64,000 nt of DNA from assembly GCF_001194135.2 (NCBI RefSeq), contig NC_068986.1, positions 64,030,354 to 64,094,353 of the forward strand, written 5' to 3'. The position numbers were made by a program, and so were the translations under genes. Shown piece after piece: positions 37,503-50,612 of the stretch (positions are counted from its first letter, which is position 1; each line of letters opens with the position of its first letter). The notes beneath the pieces were generated by a model. It made no database searches. It had not been told where the DNA came from and saw only the letters and a program-made list of their open reading frames with translations. The stretch is from Octopus bimaculoides. Lineage: Eukaryota.

Positions 37503-39639
37503 GTAAGTTGCAGAAAACTTGATTTCATTTAAACTTGCAAATCTCATGCAAGTATAGAAAACTGAGTTAGGCTTTAAATGTCAGTTTTTTTCTGCTTGAT
37601 TTCATTTAGTTAACAGTACATCATCATCATTTTATGTGTCTGCTCTTTCATTGTGCACATAGGTTTGATGAGACTGCTTGAGGCATTATTCTACATCAGT
37701 CAGTCATTGTTTGTTTTCATCTAAAGTGCTTTATTTCAATGGCTTCCATACATTGAACCCCTGAAGAAGATTGTTTCTTTAGTGGGGGCATAAAAATGAA
37801 TAACACCGCTCGAAGTGCTGGTGTGTTGAAAATGCAGTGAGACAAGCACATATGAGCACATGTTCACACCCACCCACACATACATGTACATATAAGTACA
37901 CTCACACATACATATACATACATGTTTATGTTGCAAAGTGAACTTCTTAACCACACAGCTATGCCTGTGCATATATATTTAGTTCAACCCATATCAGCAT
38001 GGAGGAGGGACGTTAAAGTGAAGATGAAACCTAACCGTAACAATCTAACTAGAGTACCACTATACTAGTCATGAGCAAACTCTTGCTTTCTGAATGCTAC
38101 ACCTAACAAAATATTGCTTTGATTCTTTTTGATAGTGCAGTCTATCTGCTGATGAGTCTTGTCTTATGTGGTCTACCCATACCTGCTCTATACTGTTACT
38201 CTACTTGCTAGAAATAGCAACCACATTCCCTCAGATCATACTGTTTTTGTTTTTTAAAGGAAAGATATATTGAATAATATAATCCTGAATTTTTAAAAGG
38301 AGAGGATGTCATGACTGGAAAATCTTTCAACTTGAGTCTATTGAATCAGGTTTGATTTGGGGTTAAACAGCAACACCAACCCTAACCTTAACCCTTATAA
38401 CTTTAGAGTCAATGAAGTTATTTTACTTATTGAGGAATGTAGCAAATTTGTAATGTTCATACCTTTTTCAAGGATACTATTTAAATATAATGAAACAGTT
38501 CTAATTAGGAATTGAGACCGAGTTCATCATCATCATCATCATTTAACGTCTGTCTTCCATGTTAGCATGGGTGAAACGGTACTGCAAGAGCTGGCCAGGC
38601 CGAAGCCTGCAGCAAACTTCTGTGACTGTTTTGGCTGGATTTTTACAGCTGGATGCCCTTCTTAACACCAACCACTCAGCAGAGTGGACTTAGTGCTTTT
38701 TATGTGGCACAAGCACAGGCGAGGTCAGTTTTGGCAAGATTTTTACAGCTGGACACCTGAACACCAACCACTTTACAGTGTAGACTGGGTGCTTTTAAGT
38801 GGCACCTGCACTGACAGGATCACCAAGTACTTGCAAGACATTAAAAAAAATTTTTTAAGTGGGAAGGAGGCATTGGAGGAGGTGATGATGAAAAGGTTAT
38901 AGTGAGACAGATACAGGTGTCTTGCTGTAGAAGAAGTACAAGGTTACCTGGCCAGAGAGAGAAAGATCAGGAATGAAGACAGAAACAGGTGCTCTACTGC
39001 AAAGGAAATACACGGTTGCCCAACCTGAGGGAAGTGCAGGAGAAGGAGTGGGAGACAGCAGGATAGAGATGGTGGCAAAATGCCGGGCATACTCACAAGG
39101 AACGGGGATCAGAATACAAAGGAGATGATTGAGTAAAGGAAGAGAGAGATATAAATGGTGGCAAGTGTCAGGGCATATTGCGAAGGGAGTGTGATTAAAG
39201 AGTGGGCAAAAGACCTGGGTATATATAGAGTTGGAGGGGCTTCCACATAGCAATGATACAGAGGAACTGGGGTGTCAGGACAGGATTAGGGAGTGAGAGC
39301 TAGGCATGGTGTATGAAGGAAAGAAATGTGAGAAAGAGATGTAGATTGGTTTGTTGGGGTAGGGTGAGGGAAAAGTTTTCTTGTTATGTGTAGGTGGAAT
39401 ACTCAGGTTGGGGGCTAGCAGATAACAATAGAGTGAGATGGCATGTGGGTAGAATGCACAGGTCGGGAGCAAGTGGAGAGCAATGATACAGTGGTACAGG
39501 GCCAAGAGGACAGGATTGGGGAGTGGGAGGTAATCATAGTACATGAAACAGAAATGTGAGGAAGAGAAGAGATCTAGAGACGTAGTTTAGTTTGTTGTGG
39601 TAGAGTCTGTGAGAAGTTTGTTAAGTGTGGGGCACAGTG

Positions 39640-40560
39640 CTTCTAGAACTCAATTCTGCTGATATGGGCAGGTCTTCTCAAGAACTTCATATCGCCAGAT
39701 ATCTCGGTCCATTGTCATTTTCTTCGTGAGATTGGTCCTTACCACTTCATCCCATGTCTTCCTGGGTCTCCCTTTTCCACAAGTACCATCCACTTTCAGT
39801 GATCGGCACTTCTTTATGCAGCTGTCCTCATTCATTTACATCACATGTCCAAATCAACGTAGTCTTCTCTCTTACATGCTACATTTAATTCCTCTTGTGC
39901 CCAACTTTTCTCTCGATACATTTGCATTTTGTCATACATATGCACTGATGTTGCACATCCAATGAAGCATACTACCTTCGTTTCTCTCCAGTCTACGCAT
40001 GTCTTCTGCATTCAGAGCCCATGTTTCACTACCATAGAGTATAGCCATTTGTACACAAGCACCATATAGTCTACCTTTCATTTTGAGAGAGAGTCCTTTT
40101 GTTGCCAACAGAGGTAATAGCTTTCTGAACTTCCTCCACCCAATTCTTATTCTAAAAACAATACTTTCAGAGCATCCTCCACCATTGGTAATTTGGTCAC
40201 CTAGGTAACAAAAACTCTCTACAACCTCAAGAGAGCCTCCTAGGCATTTGAGAGAATCTGATCCCTGTGTGTCCTTAGTGCTTATTGTTCCTGCACATCT
40301 ACCACATACAAAGACTACTTTATCTGTTAATCTACCTGTGATACCACTGCACCTGTTATGTGTCCATAGTTTACACTGGGTGCAGCAAATGGAATGACTT
40401 CTGATTCTTTTCCTACATATGGAGCAGGGCTATTTACCTGATGGAAAGAAAGTTTTATCTTCTTTCTTACTAACAACCACTTTTGTCTTAGCTAGGTTCT
40501 TGAGTTAAACTAATTGAAAACTCAAAAGTTAGATCCATGTTTTGATAACTTTTTTTCAAG
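39640..40560 (-). mobile_element. RTE-clade LINE 3' fragment in MRPL2 intron 1
   Basis: GHVIYMNEDSCIKKCRSLKVDGTCGKGRPRKTWDEVV; related fragments at about 6690-7090 (5' part +), 45630-46080 (+), 61690-62230 (+). Confidence 0.75.
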
Positions 40561-41350
40561 AAATAATTTCTACATCTTTTTGGCTTTCATACATTTTTCT
40601 TTAAACTCATCTCATTACTAAATGTCTAGCTAAAATACATAGGCATTACTGAAGAAGTATCTTTGTCTATATACTCTTTAAAATTAGTTTATTTTGTCTG
40701 TAATGTTTTCTTGGCTCTGCATTATACTGACACAATTATTATTTTAAAATATACTTAGGAAAAAAATTACTGAAATAGAATTATAGGAAATACAGTCAGT
40801 CTACTATGATTCGTGTGGTTGTTGATGTGTCTTTTTTTTTGTTCTTTGATAAAGTTGGTTGAAATGTCCAGAATGATGATGGACTTGTGGGTCACTTTGG
40901 CTCAATCACTTAGCAATTTTCTCAGTGTAGGTCTTTTTCAAGCAGTGCCGAATTAGTTTAACCAATAATATTGGTTTTAAATTTTGGCACAAGGCCAGTA
41001 ATTTCAGAACAGAAGTTGAGTAAATTACATTAACCCCAGTACTCAACTGGTACTTGTATTATTGATTTCAAAAGGATGAAAGGCAAAATTGACCTTGGTG
41101 GCATTTGAACTCAGAATGTAAAGATGAACGAAATGTCACTAAGCATCTTGCCCAACGTACTAATGATTCTGCCAGCTTGTCGGCTTAGTTTAACCAATAA
41201 TATTAATAAGAAAAGCAACCACACTAATTATCTTTTACATTGCTGTGTAGGGAAATATATGCAATTTAGCCATCCAACATATTGAACCAAGGTCATTAAA
41301 CTGAAATTTTGGTTTTAACTTTTTTTTTCTTCTCATTTTTGTCTTTGTAG

Positions 41351-41475
41351 AAATGAATTCCATAGTAATCAGACTGCTTTTGGTGTCCAGAAATTCATTA
41401 ATGCTGGCATTGACGTCACCAAATATACCATGAAACCAATTCCACTCTCCAAGTCTGGTGGTAGAGGACATGATG
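41351..41475 (+). CDS. MRPL2: MRPL2 coding exon 2
   Basis: AG|...TKYTMKPIPLSKSGGRGHDG|GT, matches the conserved KSGGRDHTG region of uL2m; phases 2 and 1 consistent. Confidence 0.9.
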
Positions 41476-42369
41476 GTAACTATTTCTGATCATCATTACT
41501 CTCATTATCACATTTGTTTTGTTTTTTTCTTGCTGACATGGTTTGCACAGATCTGTAGTTTACAGATCCATACATCATGATCATAATGTCATTTCTTAAG
41601 TCTACTTGTATCAAGACTACTCTCCATCATTATCTCACAAGCATATTTCACTCAGAACATATCTCCATTTGAATTATATGCTCATACCAGTATTGTTTCA
41701 CAGGCATACATTAATCACTCTCTTTGCTTTCCATTTGCTTTCATAGTTCATTTTAGCTCAACCCTTCTCATATATTAATATTGTGCATTCAACAGATCAT
41801 ATTCATTTTATTCCTCTACATTCTATGTTCAAATCTCACTTGAATTGCCTTTGTGTTTCATCATATCAGAACCAATTTTGTTATTATTATTATTGTGGAA
41901 GATTGACAGAATTATTAGAACAGTTAGGAAAAAAATGTTTTGCAGTATTGGTGTTTTATGTTCTGAGTTCAAATCCTGCCAAGGTCAATTTTGTCTTTCA
42001 TCCTTTCAGAGTTGATAAATTGCTGAGGCTGATTTAATCAACTAACGTCTCCCTTCCAGATTGCTGGCCTTGTATCTAAATTAGAAAAAAAATGTTGTTA
42101 CTATTATTATTATTGTGGTAAGCTGGCAGAATTGTTAGGACACTGGGCAAGATGCTTAGCAGCATTTTGTCCATCTTTGTTTTAAGTTCAAATTCCACTG
42201 AGGTCAACTTTGCCTTTCATCCTTTCGGGGTTGATAAAATAAGTACCAGTTGAGTACTGAGGTCAATGCAATCGACTTATTCCCTGCTCCAAAATTGCTG
42301 GCCTTGTGCCAAAATTTGAAACCGTTATTATTATTATTGATGCACACATGAATGAATATCTAATTTTAG

Positions 42370-42618
42370 GTCGCATTCAGACTCATGGTATTGGTGGTGG
42401 ACACAGAAAGAACTACAGGATGGTTGACTTCAAAAAAGATGGACCAAGGGAAGGTCCACCTCTAGTTGAAGTAGTCAAGTGTGTACGCTATGATCCATGT
42501 CGCACTGCTGACATAGCAGTGGTAGCCACCGGTGTAAATAAGCGCTACATCTTAGCTAGTCAAAACATGAAAGCAGGAGATCTGATTAAAACATCGAGGC
42601 ATATCCCTCGCATGGCAG
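42370..42618 (+). CDS. MRPL2: MRPL2 coding exon 3
   Basis: [20 protein letters not shown]...[13 protein letters not shown]...[10 protein letters not shown]; AG/GT boundaries, phase 1. Confidence 0.95.
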
Positions 42619-42800
42619 GTAAGGCTGTTTATTAAGTTATTTCTTTTTTAATATTATTACCTGATAATAATTTTTTTTGAATTCATTTATTTTGTCCATT
42701 GCATGCTTTAGACTGTTAATTGAAAGGACCAATGAAACAAATCCATTTTTAAAGGTGTATCCTTTAACTAGTTTTGATTATATCGTTATTTGTTCCATTT

Positions 42801-42849
42801 TAACAAAACTGTCTGACGAACGTGAAACTCTGAGTAACAGCTTTTGTTA
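42801..42849 (+). ncRNA. Minimal type I hammerhead ribozyme motif (HHR-C), sense strand of MRPL2 intron 3
   Basis: Helix I 12 bp with one bulge (TAACAAAACTGT / ACAG-C-TTTTGTTA); CTGACGA 42813-42819; helix II only ACGT; GAAA 42824-42827; helix III ACTC-T-GAGT; GUA triplet ending 42836. Confidence 0.7.
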
Positions 42850-42988
42850 TATTTCTGCTGCTTTTAAATAAAGCATATTACTCTACCTCTGGTATTTGAT
42901 TACTATTTTTTACACCTTGTTTCACATTTATGTGCTTACTCTGGTATACACACACACACATATATATATATAAATATAAATAAATATA

Positions 42989-44106
42989 TAGGGTCATCCC
43001 TTATTAATGCGTTTTTTTATACTTCTTTTATTTTTCAAAATTAAGATAAACAAAGTTCTTTTTTAATCTAAAATATATTCTCCTTCATTTGATACAATGC
43101 TCTTCCATCTATCTGGTAGACTTGCAAGACCCCTCTTTCAAAATTCACATGTCCGTGACAAAAAATACTCCTCTAGTACTGTTCTGACCTTGTCTAAAGA
43201 ATTCATAATTTTTCTGTCCAAATGAATTTGTAGACTGTGGAATAAATGATAATCAGATGGGGCAATGCCTGGCAAATATGGTGGGTGAGGCATCATTTCC
43301 CATTCAAACTGCTCCAGCCTTTGGAATGTCAGCCACACAGTATGTAGCTGAGCATGATCCTGATGGAAGAACACCTTTCATCTTGAAACCAAAGATAGTC
43401 GTTTTTCTTATAGCGCTGACTTGTTATCATTTGGTTTGGGTTTAAAAAAGTTCAATGTGGACTAAACCTTTCATATCCTACTAAACAAATAACAACTTCT
43501 GTAGCCTGTGGTGTTGGTGTTTCTCCTTTCCCTACCCACTGTCTTTGACATTTTTATAGAGAACCCATTTCTTGTCACTAGTCAGTCCCCAAAAAGTTCA
43601 TTCGTGAGACATGACTGCAAAGAAGAGCATTCATTCACTCTCTGTACGCGATTAGACTGAGAAAGTTTGTGAAGAACCCATTGACCCAATTTGATGACAT
43701 GCAAGTGTCATTGAATGGTTGAATGACCAAATCCAAGCTTCTCTGCTAGTTCCTCAACAGTTACGGTGAGATTTTGTTCCACAAGGGTTTGCAGGATGTC
43801 CTCAAGCTCTACAGATCTTCCAGGACGAAGCTCATTTAGGCTGTAGTTTCTAGCTCAGAACTTCTGGAACCATTGTTGACATTGGCTTACGCTTATTGTC
43901 CGATTCCCGTATACTGCATTAATATTCTTCGCACTTTCCGTTGCATTGTTGCCTTTATTGAAATTATAAAGCAAAATATCCCGAATATGCTCTTTGTCAC
44001 TTCCATTATAGCTTTGAAAGAAGTTGATGCAGGTAGTTTATCCGTCCCCCTCCAACTTTTAGTTCATGCAATTGAAAAAAACTACATTATTTATGGGATG
44101 ACCCAA
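42989..44106 (-). mobile_element. mariner (DD34D) element, defective, in MRPL2 intron 3
   Basis: About 30-bp TIRs (TAGGGTCATCCCTTATTAATGCG / TTGGGTCATCCCATAAATAATGTAG) flanked by TA; HQDHA...PHPPYLPGIAPSDYHLF gives 34 residues between the last two Asp. Confidence 0.9.
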
Positions 44107-44910
44107 TATATATATATATCAGTAGCAATGAAGTTTTACTAGCGTGTGCTGATAGTGGATACCAGCAGATGATGATGATGCACAAACACACAGAACACTA
44201 GACATTTAATTTTGTCCACTGCTGATTGATTGGTGTTTTCTTTCAGCACTATGATCTATACAAGAGGCTTTTTCAAGACAAATACTGCAGTATTATGGTA
44301 CTATCACATTAAGTAGAATATAAAGATTGATATATCTAAGACTACTTTATCCAGTGTATCCTTATTATTAAAATGGCTGCTATTTCTAGTAAATCGAGTA
44401 ACTGTATAGAGGATCTTCCATTAATCAACTTGAATAGTGGTCAGCTGTTCTGGATGCAAAAATATGCAGTAGCAATGTAGTTTTTAGGTTTGATCTAACA
44501 ACTTCTGAAATCTTTATTTCGACTAGTAACAGCATTTTCCACTTCTGGTATGTATTGTTCTTGTTTTCTCAGCAATACCTATGAACCTCATTTATTTGGT
44601 CAAAAGTCAGGAATGAAATTAACAAGGTTTATTTGACAGTTTTGTTGGCGTTAACAAATCCCCCAAATTCTGTCTCCATTGACATCACAGTGCTAGTCAT
44701 TCTTTCACTTACATTTTGCCTCATCCCACCTTCACTATAAAGGAAGTGGTCGCCACTGCATTTGTAAATTTGCGTTATCTAAAATTCGAACAGCAGAAGA
44801 AATAGTGAAAATGAACTAGTTAAATCTATAAATACATCTTTCCTAGTTTAAGTTTGATAATTTTTTTCTCTCCGTTGAATCCATAATAATTTCATATTTT
44901 CCTGTTTCAG

Positions 44911-45323
44911 TGAAAGCAAATGAAGGTGATTCCTATCCTCTTGGGGCTCTACCCATTGGTACTTTGGTCCACAATGTTGAAATTTACACTGATAACTATG
45001 GTAAAATGGCACGAGCTGCAGGAACTTGTGCTCAACTGGTTCGTAAAGTTGGAAATCAGTGTGTTGTTCGACTTCCATCAAAACGAGAAATCTGTGTATC
45101 TAAACATTGTATGGCTACAGTTGGACGAGTTTCTAATGTTGAACACAACAAGGAGCACATAGGTTCAGCACAAAGATCACGTTGGCTGGGAATTCGACCA
45201 CAGAGTGGACTTTGGCATCGTAAGACTGGTTATAATGGTCGGAAAATTAGACCAGTTCCTCCTTTAAAAACCTACTCAAAGTCCAAACCAGCGAAACCAG
45301 CTATGCACGTGTTTTCTTTTTAA
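44911..45323 (+). CDS. MRPL2: MRPL2 coding exon 4 (stop TAA); spliced CDS 879 nt = 292 aa
   Basis: GDSYPLGALPIGTLVHNVE...RAAGT...RLPSKRE...ATVGRVSN...WLGIRPQSGLWHRKTG, the uL2 C-terminal domain. Confidence 0.95.
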
Positions 45324-45329
45324 AACAGC

Positions 45330-45335
45330 AATAAA
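45330..45335 (+). terminator. Candidate poly(A) signal of MRPL2
   Basis: AATAAA 6 nt after the stop codon, followed by T/GT-rich sequence. Confidence 0.45.
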
Positions 45336-46256
45336 TTTTTCTAATGGTTATTGAATGTAGTTATGTTCATAGATTTTTCATCATTAATTTTATATAAATT
45401 TATATAAACTTTGCTCAGAATACAACATTGCCTTTAAGTTTCAAGTTTCTATTTCTGATTAAAGTTATATCACTCTATGTGTTAATTATTTTGGCAATGG
45501 CATAGACATGACTGTGTTTGTAAGAAGTTTATTTCAAAACCATATGGTTAGAAGTTCAATCCCTCTACATGGCACCTTGGACAATATGCCCAGACTGTTA
45601 CACAAGCCATACAATTTAATGACAATACAGTCCATTCATTAAAGATGAAAGGAAGGGTCTTTAAGAGCTGCAATGCTGTATGGGAGTGAGACATGGGGTC
45701 TGAGGGAGAGAGATGATAATTTTGAGAAGGACAGAGAGCAATGGTGAGAGAAATCTGTGGGGTGAAGCCGTTTGATAAGAGGAGGACTGAGGATTTGATG
45801 GGAATACTGGGGTTGGAGGAATCGGTGGAATGGTTGGCAAGGGTGGATGGAGTGAGGTGGTATGGACATATGTTGAGGAGAGATGAAGAGCTTTTTCTGA
45901 GGAGGGTGATTGCATTTAAGGTAAATGGAGCGTGAAAGCGAGGTAGATCGAGGAAAAGGTGGAGGAGGAGATTGGGAGGGTTGGTTTAAAAAAGGAGGAT
46001 GCCCATAATCAGGCAAGATGGTGTGAGGGCAGTTGCTATGGCATTGAGGTAGATCCAGCCACTCTCATTAACAGGGACAAAACCCAAATCTAAGACACTG
46101 GTGGATGATGATGATGAAACTAGTGTCCCCAACCAGTTGCATGAGGGTTATAATAAATTTGTTACAATAACTTCAAATTGTATTTGTTTACATGTTTAGT
46201 ATAAAGGAAAATTTACGAGAAAACAAATTTTGCAAACAAATTTTTTAAAAATGTAG

Positions 46257-46262
46257 TTTATT
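46257..46262 (-). terminator. Candidate poly(A) signal of RTCB
   Basis: AATAAA on the minus strand about 120 nt downstream of the stop. Confidence 0.4.
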
Positions 46263-46381
46263 GCTGAAAAGGATTGAATGTAATATAACAGAAACGAGGA
46301 TGGCAATTAACAGTTGTTCATATTAAATAGATTAATCCTTTTTAGGCAGTCACTAATCAGTTATTTTCTTTCTTTTCTTCT

Positions 46382-46446
46382 TTATCCTTTAATGACTCCA
46401 ATAGGACGCAGTTTGATAGCCTTTTTACTAATTCCAGCCTCATGAC
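46382..46446 (-). CDS. RTCB: RTCB last coding exon (CHEAGISKKAIKLRPIGVIKG*)
   Basis: Matches the conserved RtcB C-terminus; acceptor TTTTAG|, phase 1. Confidence 0.95.
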
Positions 46447-47085
46447 CTAAAATAAATATCAATATTGAATATAAAACAAACTGAAGAACCAATTACAAAA
46501 CTGATTAATGTTTAAGGCTGTGATTCCCAACATGGGGCATGGTAATATTTTGGTGAGGCATGCGTAGGGTTACTACCTGTTGTACACAATATTTAGTATA
46601 CCAATAGAGAAAGGGGGCAATTTGAGAATGAGTTATTAAAAGAAAAAATTCTTTACATCCCTTCTGTGGACAATTTTATCAGATTTTGGATACTTTAGAG
46701 ACAACAGTTTGTTTTCATCATATTCATAAGATCTGATGTGGTATATGAAAACATGTAGGTAATTACAAACGCGCATGTTTGTGTGTGCATGCGTGTATGT
46801 AGTAAAGAACTGGTCAGTACTAAAAGCAATGCCATCTTAATTCCCTATGGAGAAATAAACTAGAGACAGACTTATATGTGTCTAAAAGTACTGACTCCTA
46901 TCTCTGGCGACAAAATCTAGGTACACAAGAAAAATGTGCTGCTGCAAAGTGGGGCAATAAATGGTGTTGGGGGTGAGGGATGAAAGAATTGAATGGGTTG
47001 AAATGGAGTGGAAGTAAAGGGTAGCGTCAGTGAAGGAAGAGAAAGACAGACATAGATAGAGATTTATGGTACTGGTAACACACAC

Positions 47086-47126
<41 letters not shown>

Positions 47127-47888
47127 CAGAGATGAAAATTAACAGGTCATTTTATTCTCACCAGTCAGTTTGTGAATTCAAACAAAAAGGTAAGAAAAAA
47201 CTTCCATCATTGATACAAAGGTTTTGCAGCTGAGAAGATTCATGGAATACTTTTTGATTCTTTTTGAGCATATTTTCTGAAAGTTTATACTGAAATCTTT
47301 TTGAAGAAATTGTTGAAAAAATTTGCTTGAACTAAAATCTCTTCGTGTTTGATTCAAAAATACATAAAATGAGTAGTGCAAGTAAAAAGAAGTTTGTCAA
47401 TATTCAGAGAAATATTTAAAATTTGGATTTATACCTGCTATCCACAATAAACTGTCACCAAGTAATGGCGAAAAACTCAGATTTTGTGAATTTTCCAAAG
47501 TCCTCTCCCCACTTCCCCAGAAAAGATTTTCCTACAGATTTCTTTATGATTGTAATCTATGCTGGTTGAAAGGTATTTATATAAAATTTCATTTAAGAAA
47601 AAAAAAAACATTTTCCTAAAAATTATGAGGGAAAAATTCGGATGTCCTCTTCACCCCCGTTGCTTTCCGCACATTTCTTTTCATATTCGTTTCCTACACA
47701 TTTTTTTAAACATCTGTTGCACTGTTTTTTTAAAATTTCGTTTCCGGGTAATATTGTGAACATTAACCAAATTTTGAATAACAAAAATTAAATATCACAA
47801 GGGGGCCTCAGGATTTTAGAAATAATTCGATGGGCATGGTCAAAAATCAGTTGGGAACCACTGGTTTAAAAGATAGAAATATACTCAC

Positions 47889-47931
47889 AAGTGTTTACAA
47901 CATCTGTGACATTTTTGTACGATTTTGGTGC
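47889..47931 (-). CDS. RTCB: RTCB exon (APKSYKNVTDVVNT), 43 nt
   Basis: TTTCAG| acceptor, |GTGAGT donor; matches the APESYKNVTDVVNTC motif. Confidence 0.9.
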
Positions 47932-50572
47932 CTGAAACGAGTTAATAATTGACACTGTTATAACAATACAACATTAATAACAAAATAATTAATTAAAAAA
48001 GCTTCTTAACTATTACTTTAAAGATGTTAAATTACAAAATTTCTTTGTCACTTGACATATTAGGTTGGAGGAGGAGAATGATGATAATGTCTATCATCAT
48101 CATCATCTAACATCCGTCTTCCATGATGGCATGGGTTGAAGGGGTCAATAGGATCTGAATGTCTTCTTTGGTATAATTTCTATGACTGGACGCCCTTCCT
48201 GATACCAACTATTTTACAGAGAGTACTGGGTGTTTTTTTTTTCTTGGGATGGTGCTAGTGAGGTCACCAAGTAACTTGCAAGAAAATTCCTCTTGATTAA
48301 GTTGGGGAGTAGTAAGAGGGCGTTGGCTTTATGCTGAGTGTCTATAGGTTAAAGTATGAAATGGAGACAAGAATAGGTGATTTACTGTAGAGGATAGGTG
48401 TGAGTAGCTGGAGAGACAGATGGCAATAAGGTATCAGGGCATACTCTCAAGGTACAAGAAGGCAAAGAGAAGAGTGGATGGATAAATATGCAAGAGTGTG
48501 AGAGAAGATGGATAGAGATAGAGGGGAGTGCAGTTAAGGGTGGACAAAAGGTCAATGGTAAATATCAATTTGGGAGAGAAAGATGAAATAGTAAGTGGCA
48601 ATACAGAAAGGGTGGAGAACAACAGCATAATAAACCTGTAGATAAATGGGGCGATAGAAGAGTGTGTGTGTGTGGGGGGATACATATGGAAGTCAGTAGT
48701 GGGTAGGGATGGATATAGTAAATAGTTAACAAAAGGGAGCGGTGTCAATGGTAGATAAAGGCTTGTCTGTCTGATTGACAGCAAAGACATTGTCTACAAT
48801 CAGTTTAGTATATTACCAAGTCAATATTGAGGTAATAAATAAGGAGAAACAATTCATACATAGCTTGCTGATATTACAGAGAACTGAACAGAAAAGTTTT
48901 GTGGATATGCTATATTTACTTGTAATGAAGCAGACTGAAGGTATGGGCATATTATGAGTGGATAATGCAAGCAAAGTGAAGAGGTGTCATGAAATAGATT
49001 ATGTTTACATTCATAATTTAATGTCCTGTTTTCCATGCTGGCATGGATTGGATGGTTTGACAGGAGCTAGCAAGCCGGAGAACTTCATCAGGGTCCAGTT
49101 GTCTGTTTTGGCATGGTTTCTAGGGCTGGATGCCCTTCCTAGTCTCACTCACTTTACAGAATGTACTGGGTACTTTCTACGTGACACCACACCAGTGGGG
49201 TTGCCAAATAACTTGCAAAATAAAAACCTCTGAGTTGAGAGGTTAGTGTATGATAGAGGGACAGAGATACTTGTCTTACTATAGGGGAGATATTTGGTTA
49301 TCCCAGAAAGTGAGAGAGTTAGAAAGATAGAGAGAAATTGATAATTTGGAGATGTATTGGGGTTTATCTACAGGAAACTGGAGCAGGGAGCATAAGTAGT
49401 ATGGAAGGGGATGCTCCATAAAAGTGTGAGTGGTTATGTTTAGAGACATGACAAGTGATGGTGAGGGAAATTGGAGTGGCTGGAATGGGTGGGGGATAAG
49501 GAAGATATGTGAGGGCATGGAGAGTGTGTGGTTAGGTACATGAATGGAGGGGCCTGCAGTAAATGTTGGGAAGATGGAGTTTTGACAGAGGTTTATAGAT
49601 TTGAGGGAGGGGGCATGGTCGAAAAGGGCATATATGTATAGGTGGCCACAATTTCACTTAACTTGATGCGTCTTCTCATCACTTTGTCCCACATTTTCTT
49701 GGGTCTACCCCATCTACAGATTTCCTCCACAATCAGAGATCAGCACTTCAACTTTTACTATTAACACCAAAGGACAAGGAGGGAGATTAAGGGTAAGTAT
49801 TTTGTAATAACCTATAACCTAGGTAGTAAAAATAACATCCCCAGATGATCTGGTACTGAGTTCTGATAGCCTTGTGAATTGAAGTAAATTAAGTATATTT
49901 TTGAATGTGCTCATTTTTCATGCCTACACATTTTCATTATTGTACATCTACTTAGTGACTCACATTACTACATCAGCAAGTATGGTTAAGTTATATACAT
50001 CACTGAAGTAGGATATTAAGACCAAAACACGCCCAGATCCCCNNNNNNNNNNATATTTACCAAACTGATTCAAATAATATCATTCATACATACATACACT
50101 GTTAAATTAAAAGCAGGAGCGAGGAAGTGAGACAGAAAGAGAGAGAGAGTGAGTGAGTGGTGACTGAAAGGAAGGTGGCGTTCGTTTTGTGTTTTTAAAT
50201 GTTTATCAGTATTTTCAGAGTAGACTGATACATACATCTAACGAAAAGTACATACACAGATACATTGTTAAATAACACCAGCAAATATTGGCTGTCACTT
50301 TTACTTTTCATTACCACATCAGGATAAAACAAATGGCTGAGTATTCCACAGACATGCACACCATTAACGTAGTTCTTGGGGAGATTCAGCCTCACACAGA
50401 ATGTGACAAGGCTGGCTCTTTGGATTACAGCTACAACTGATTTTGGCCAGCTGAGTGGACTGGAGCAAGATAAACCTTCAAGTGGTTGGAAGAAAATGCA
50501 TACACACACACACATATATATATACACCTATGTATATACATATATACATATGTATGTAAACATATATATGTG

Positions 50573-50612
<40 letters not shown>

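Noticed and set aside
42115-42320. tRNA-like heads of SINEs as tRNA genes
   Set aside because: No complete cloverleaf; they continue into SINE body sequence shared by many copies.
50003-50040. CTGAAGT-AGGATATTAAGACC-AAAACACGCC, possible decayed hammerhead
   Set aside because: Both core elements are mutated, no cleavage triplet, and it abuts a gap; cannot be supported.
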